A stretch of DNA of 8,085 nucleotides from IMG/VR virus record IMGVR_UViG_2534682338_000005. The stretch is one strand, 5' to 3'. The first letter of the stretch is position 1; every line of letters begins with the position of its first letter. Shown here in pieces: positions 6,410 through 8,085 of this stretch. This DNA is from a virus. Taxonomy: Duplodnaviria; Heunggongvirae; Uroviricota; Caudoviricetes. The translations under genes were made by a program, and so were the position numbers. Below the pieces are notes generated by a model. That model saw only the letters and a program-made list of their open reading frames with translations. It did no database searches and had not been told where the DNA came from.

Positions 6410-6426
6410 GTTAGAAAAGTCTAACA
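6409..6426. promoter_or_regulatory. Operator, perfect half-sites TGTTAG-AAAAGT-CTAACA (OR-like)
   Basis: Inverted repeat with identical half-sites and spacing to 5898-5915; overlaps the -10/+1 of the rightward promoter, 13 nt upstream of the dicC-like ATG. Confidence 0.65.
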
Positions 6427-6439
6427 AGAGGGGGCTTTG

Positions 6440-6667
6440 ATGCTTAAAGTTGACGCAATTACTTTTTTTGGCAGCAAAACAAAGCTTGCCAATGCCGCAG
6501 GAGTGAGACTGGCAAGTGTTGCTGCTTGGGGGATACTGGTTCCTGAAGGTCGCGCGATGCGTCTACAGGAGGCATCTGGCGGGGAGCTTCAGTATGATCC
6601 CAAAGTTTATGACGAATATCGTAAGACGAAGCGGGCGGGGCGGTTGAACAATGAAAATCACTCCTGA
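6440..6667 (+). CDS. dicC: DicC/YdaS-like Cro-type regulator
   Basis: 75-aa ORF from ATG 6440 (ORF track starts at TTG 6437), SD GAGGGGG 5 nt upstream. Sequence MLKVDAITFFGSKTKLANAAGVRLASVAAW...LQEASGGELQYDPKVYDEYRKTKRAGRL is typical of small DicC/YdaS-type regulators. Divergent from the repressor. Confidence 0.85.
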   Translation: MLKVDAITFFGSKTKLANAAGVRLASVAAWGILVPEGRAMRLQEASGGELQYDPKVYDEYRKTKRAGRLNNENHS

Positions 6668-7172
6668 ACAGGCTCGTGAGGCTCTGGATGCCTGGATATG
6701 TCGACCAGGAATGACACAGGAGCAGGCGACGATATTAATCACTGAAGCATTCTGGGCTTTGAAAGAGCGCCCGAACATCGATGTTCAGCGTGTCACATAT
6801 GAAGGTGGCGCGGTTGATCAGCGAGCGCTTAGCGTTAATCGAGTGAAGATATTCGAACGCTGGAAGGCTATCGACACCAGGGATAAGCGTGAAAAGTTCA
6901 CAGCGCTAGTGCCTGCAATTATGGAGGCTATCCGGATTAGTGATTTCAGGTTGTATCGTGAGATCAGTGATGGAAAAAGTATTACGTACATGATCGCCGG
7001 GTTAAATAAAGAATATGGCGATGTGGTGGAATCCGGACTGCTTTTTGCAGATCCTGCCGTTGTAGATCGTGAAACTGACGAACTTATAGAAAAAGCAATT
7101 GCTTTCAAGCTTGCGTATCGACAGCAATACCAACAAAAAGCTGGATGGAATTATGAGTCTTCTTTTTGCTGA
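6651..7172 (+). CDS. YdaT-like protein at the cII position (putative CII functional analog / regulator)
   Basis: 173-aa ORF whose ATG (6651-6653) overlaps the last 17 nt of dicC-like, suggesting translational coupling. Internal segment DKREKFTALVPAIMEAI resembles the YdaT family as I recall it. Sits between the Cro-like and replication genes. Confidence 0.65.
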   Translation: MKITPEQAREALDAWICRPGMTQEQATILITEAFWALKERPNIDVQRVTYEGGAVDQRALSVNRVKIFERWKAIDTRDKREKFTALVPAIMEAIRISDFRLYREISDGKSITYMIAGLNKEYGDVVESGLLFADPAVVDRETDELIEKAIAFKLAYRQQYQQKAGWNYESSFC

Positions 7173-8085
7173 ACGCCCACTGGTTATAAACACGCAGCTG
7201 GCAATGAAAATCGGCTTAAACGAAGCCATTGTTTTGCAACAACTGCACTACTGGTTGAGAGATACCAACTCCGGTATGGAATGTGATGGTGTTCGCTGGA
7301 TTTATAACACAACGGAACAATGGCTGGAACAGTTCCCATTCTGGTCAGAGTCAACGTTAAAGCGCGCGTTTGCAAGTCTGAAAACGCTGGGGCTTTTGCG
7401 TTGTGAAAAGCTCAATAAATCAAAGCGCGATATGACCAATTTCTACACGATCAACTATGGGAGCGAGCTTTTAGATGGTGGCAAATTGAACGAATCCATC
7501 GGTTCAAAATGCGCCGCTCCATCAGGTCAAAATGACACGATGGAAGAGGTCAAAATGAAACGCTCCATTGGTTCAAAACGATCCAATGTCATCGGGTCAA
7601 AATGGCCTGATGATCTTACAGAGAATACAACAGAGATTACTACAGAGAATAAAAACACTTTTCGTCCGGAAGCTTCGCAACCGAACCCGCAGACGACTGA
7701 ACAGGATTTTTTAACCCGGAACTCCGACGCGGTTGTGTTTAGTGCGAAAAAACGCCAGTGGGGTAGCAGGGAGGATTTGGCGTGTGCGCAGTGGATCTGG
7801 GGGCGGATCGTGGGTCTCTACGAACAGGCAGCCAGTGATGATGGCGAGATCATGCGACCAAAAGAGCCTAACTGGACTGCCTGGGCCAATGACGTGCGCA
7901 CAATGCGGATGCTGGATGGCAGAAGCCACAGACAAATTTGCGAAATGTTTGGTCGGGTTCAGCGAGATCCATTCTGGGTAAAAAACATCATGAGCCCGTC
8001 AAAGCTCCGCGAAAAATGGGACGAACTGGTCATCCGCCTGGGACGTTTGATCTTACCCAGCAATAGTGGACACGCGGCTAAGTGA
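7153..8085 (+). CDS. Replication initiator protein (lambda O-like replisome organizer; iteron-binding N-terminus, C-terminal helicase-loader-interaction-like domain)
   Basis: 310-aa ORF from ATG 7153 (MSLLFAERPLVINTQLAMKIGLNEAIVLQQLHYWL...), stop TGA at 8083-8085. Contains an internal iteron array coding for the repeated SIGSK/VIGSK linker, as oriLambda does within gene O. ORF-track TTG start at 7099 rejected. Start overlaps the upstream gene by 20 nt. Confidence 0.85.
   Translation: MSLLFAERPLVINTQLAMKIGLNEAIVLQQLHYWLRDTNSGMECDGVRWIYNTTEQWLEQFPFWSESTLKRAFASLKTLGLLRCEKLNKSKRDMTNFYTINYGSELLDGGKLNESIGSKCAAPSGQNDTMEEVKMKRSIGSKRSNVIGSKWPDDLTENTTEITTENKNTFRPEASQPNPQTTEQDFLTRNSDAVVFSAKKRQWGSREDLACAQWIWGRIVGLYEQAASDDGEIMRPKEPNWTAWANDVRTMRMLDGRSHRQICEMFGRVQRDPFWVKNIMSPSKLREKWDELVIRLGRLILPSNSGHAAK
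7501..7604. repeat. Iteron array (candidate phage replication origin) inside the replication initiator gene
   Basis: Five direct repeats of an 11-bp core with 23/23/23/24-bp spacing: GGTTCAAAATG (7501), AGGTCAAAATG (7524), AGGTCAAAATG (7547), GGTTCAAAACG (7570), GGGTCAAAATG (7594). A possible degenerate sixth copy lies at ~7478. Followed by an A/T-rich ACAGAGAAT-repeat stretch (7611-7660). Confidence 0.7.

Noticed and set aside
6157-7375. Minus-strand ORFs 6157-6405, 6563-6778, 6818-7108, 7002-7229, 7184-7375
   Set aside because: Antisense to or out of frame with the dicA-like, dicC-like, YdaT-like and initiator genes; no RBS, and the translations show no recognisable features.
7711-7981. 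ORFs 7711-7935 (-) and 7733-7981 (+) inside the initiator gene
   Set aside because: Alternative frames of the C-terminal domain of the replication initiator; Gly/Ser/Arg-rich artefactual composition and no independent start signals.
1-8085. Defence-system cargo (rexAB/sieB-like slot), CRISPR array, IS element or att site within the window
   Set aside because: Only 168 bp separate the repressor from the first leftward gene, leaving no room for a rex-like insertion. No direct-repeat/spacer array, transposase ORF or terminal inverted repeats were seen. The integrase stop is at position 2-4, so any att site lies outside the window.

Overview
This window is the integration-to-replication arm of a lambdoid, Qin/Rac-like enterobacterial prophage, and I found nothing that clearly amounts to a new system. 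On the minus strand, from the promoter-distal end, it carries a tyrosine integrase, an excisionase-like gene, a large 823-aa exonuclease-like protein, YdfD-like and DicB-like small proteins, the DicF sRNA, YdfB/C-like and YdfA-like ORFs, and a DicA-like repressor. Divergent from the repressor on the plus strand are a DicC/Cro-like regulator, a YdaT-like (CII-position) protein and an O-like replication initiator with an internal iteron origin. Four 18-bp operator-like palindromes (TGTTAG-N6-CTAACA) sit at the two promoter regions. The items most worth follow-up are the exonuclease-like protein with no adjacent recombinase partner, a convergent 66-aa ORF with a strong ribosome-binding site, and structured RNA around dicF. 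No tRNA, CRISPR array, IS element or recognisable defence cargo is visible. All family assignments rest on reading the translations and on recalled sequences, not on database searches.
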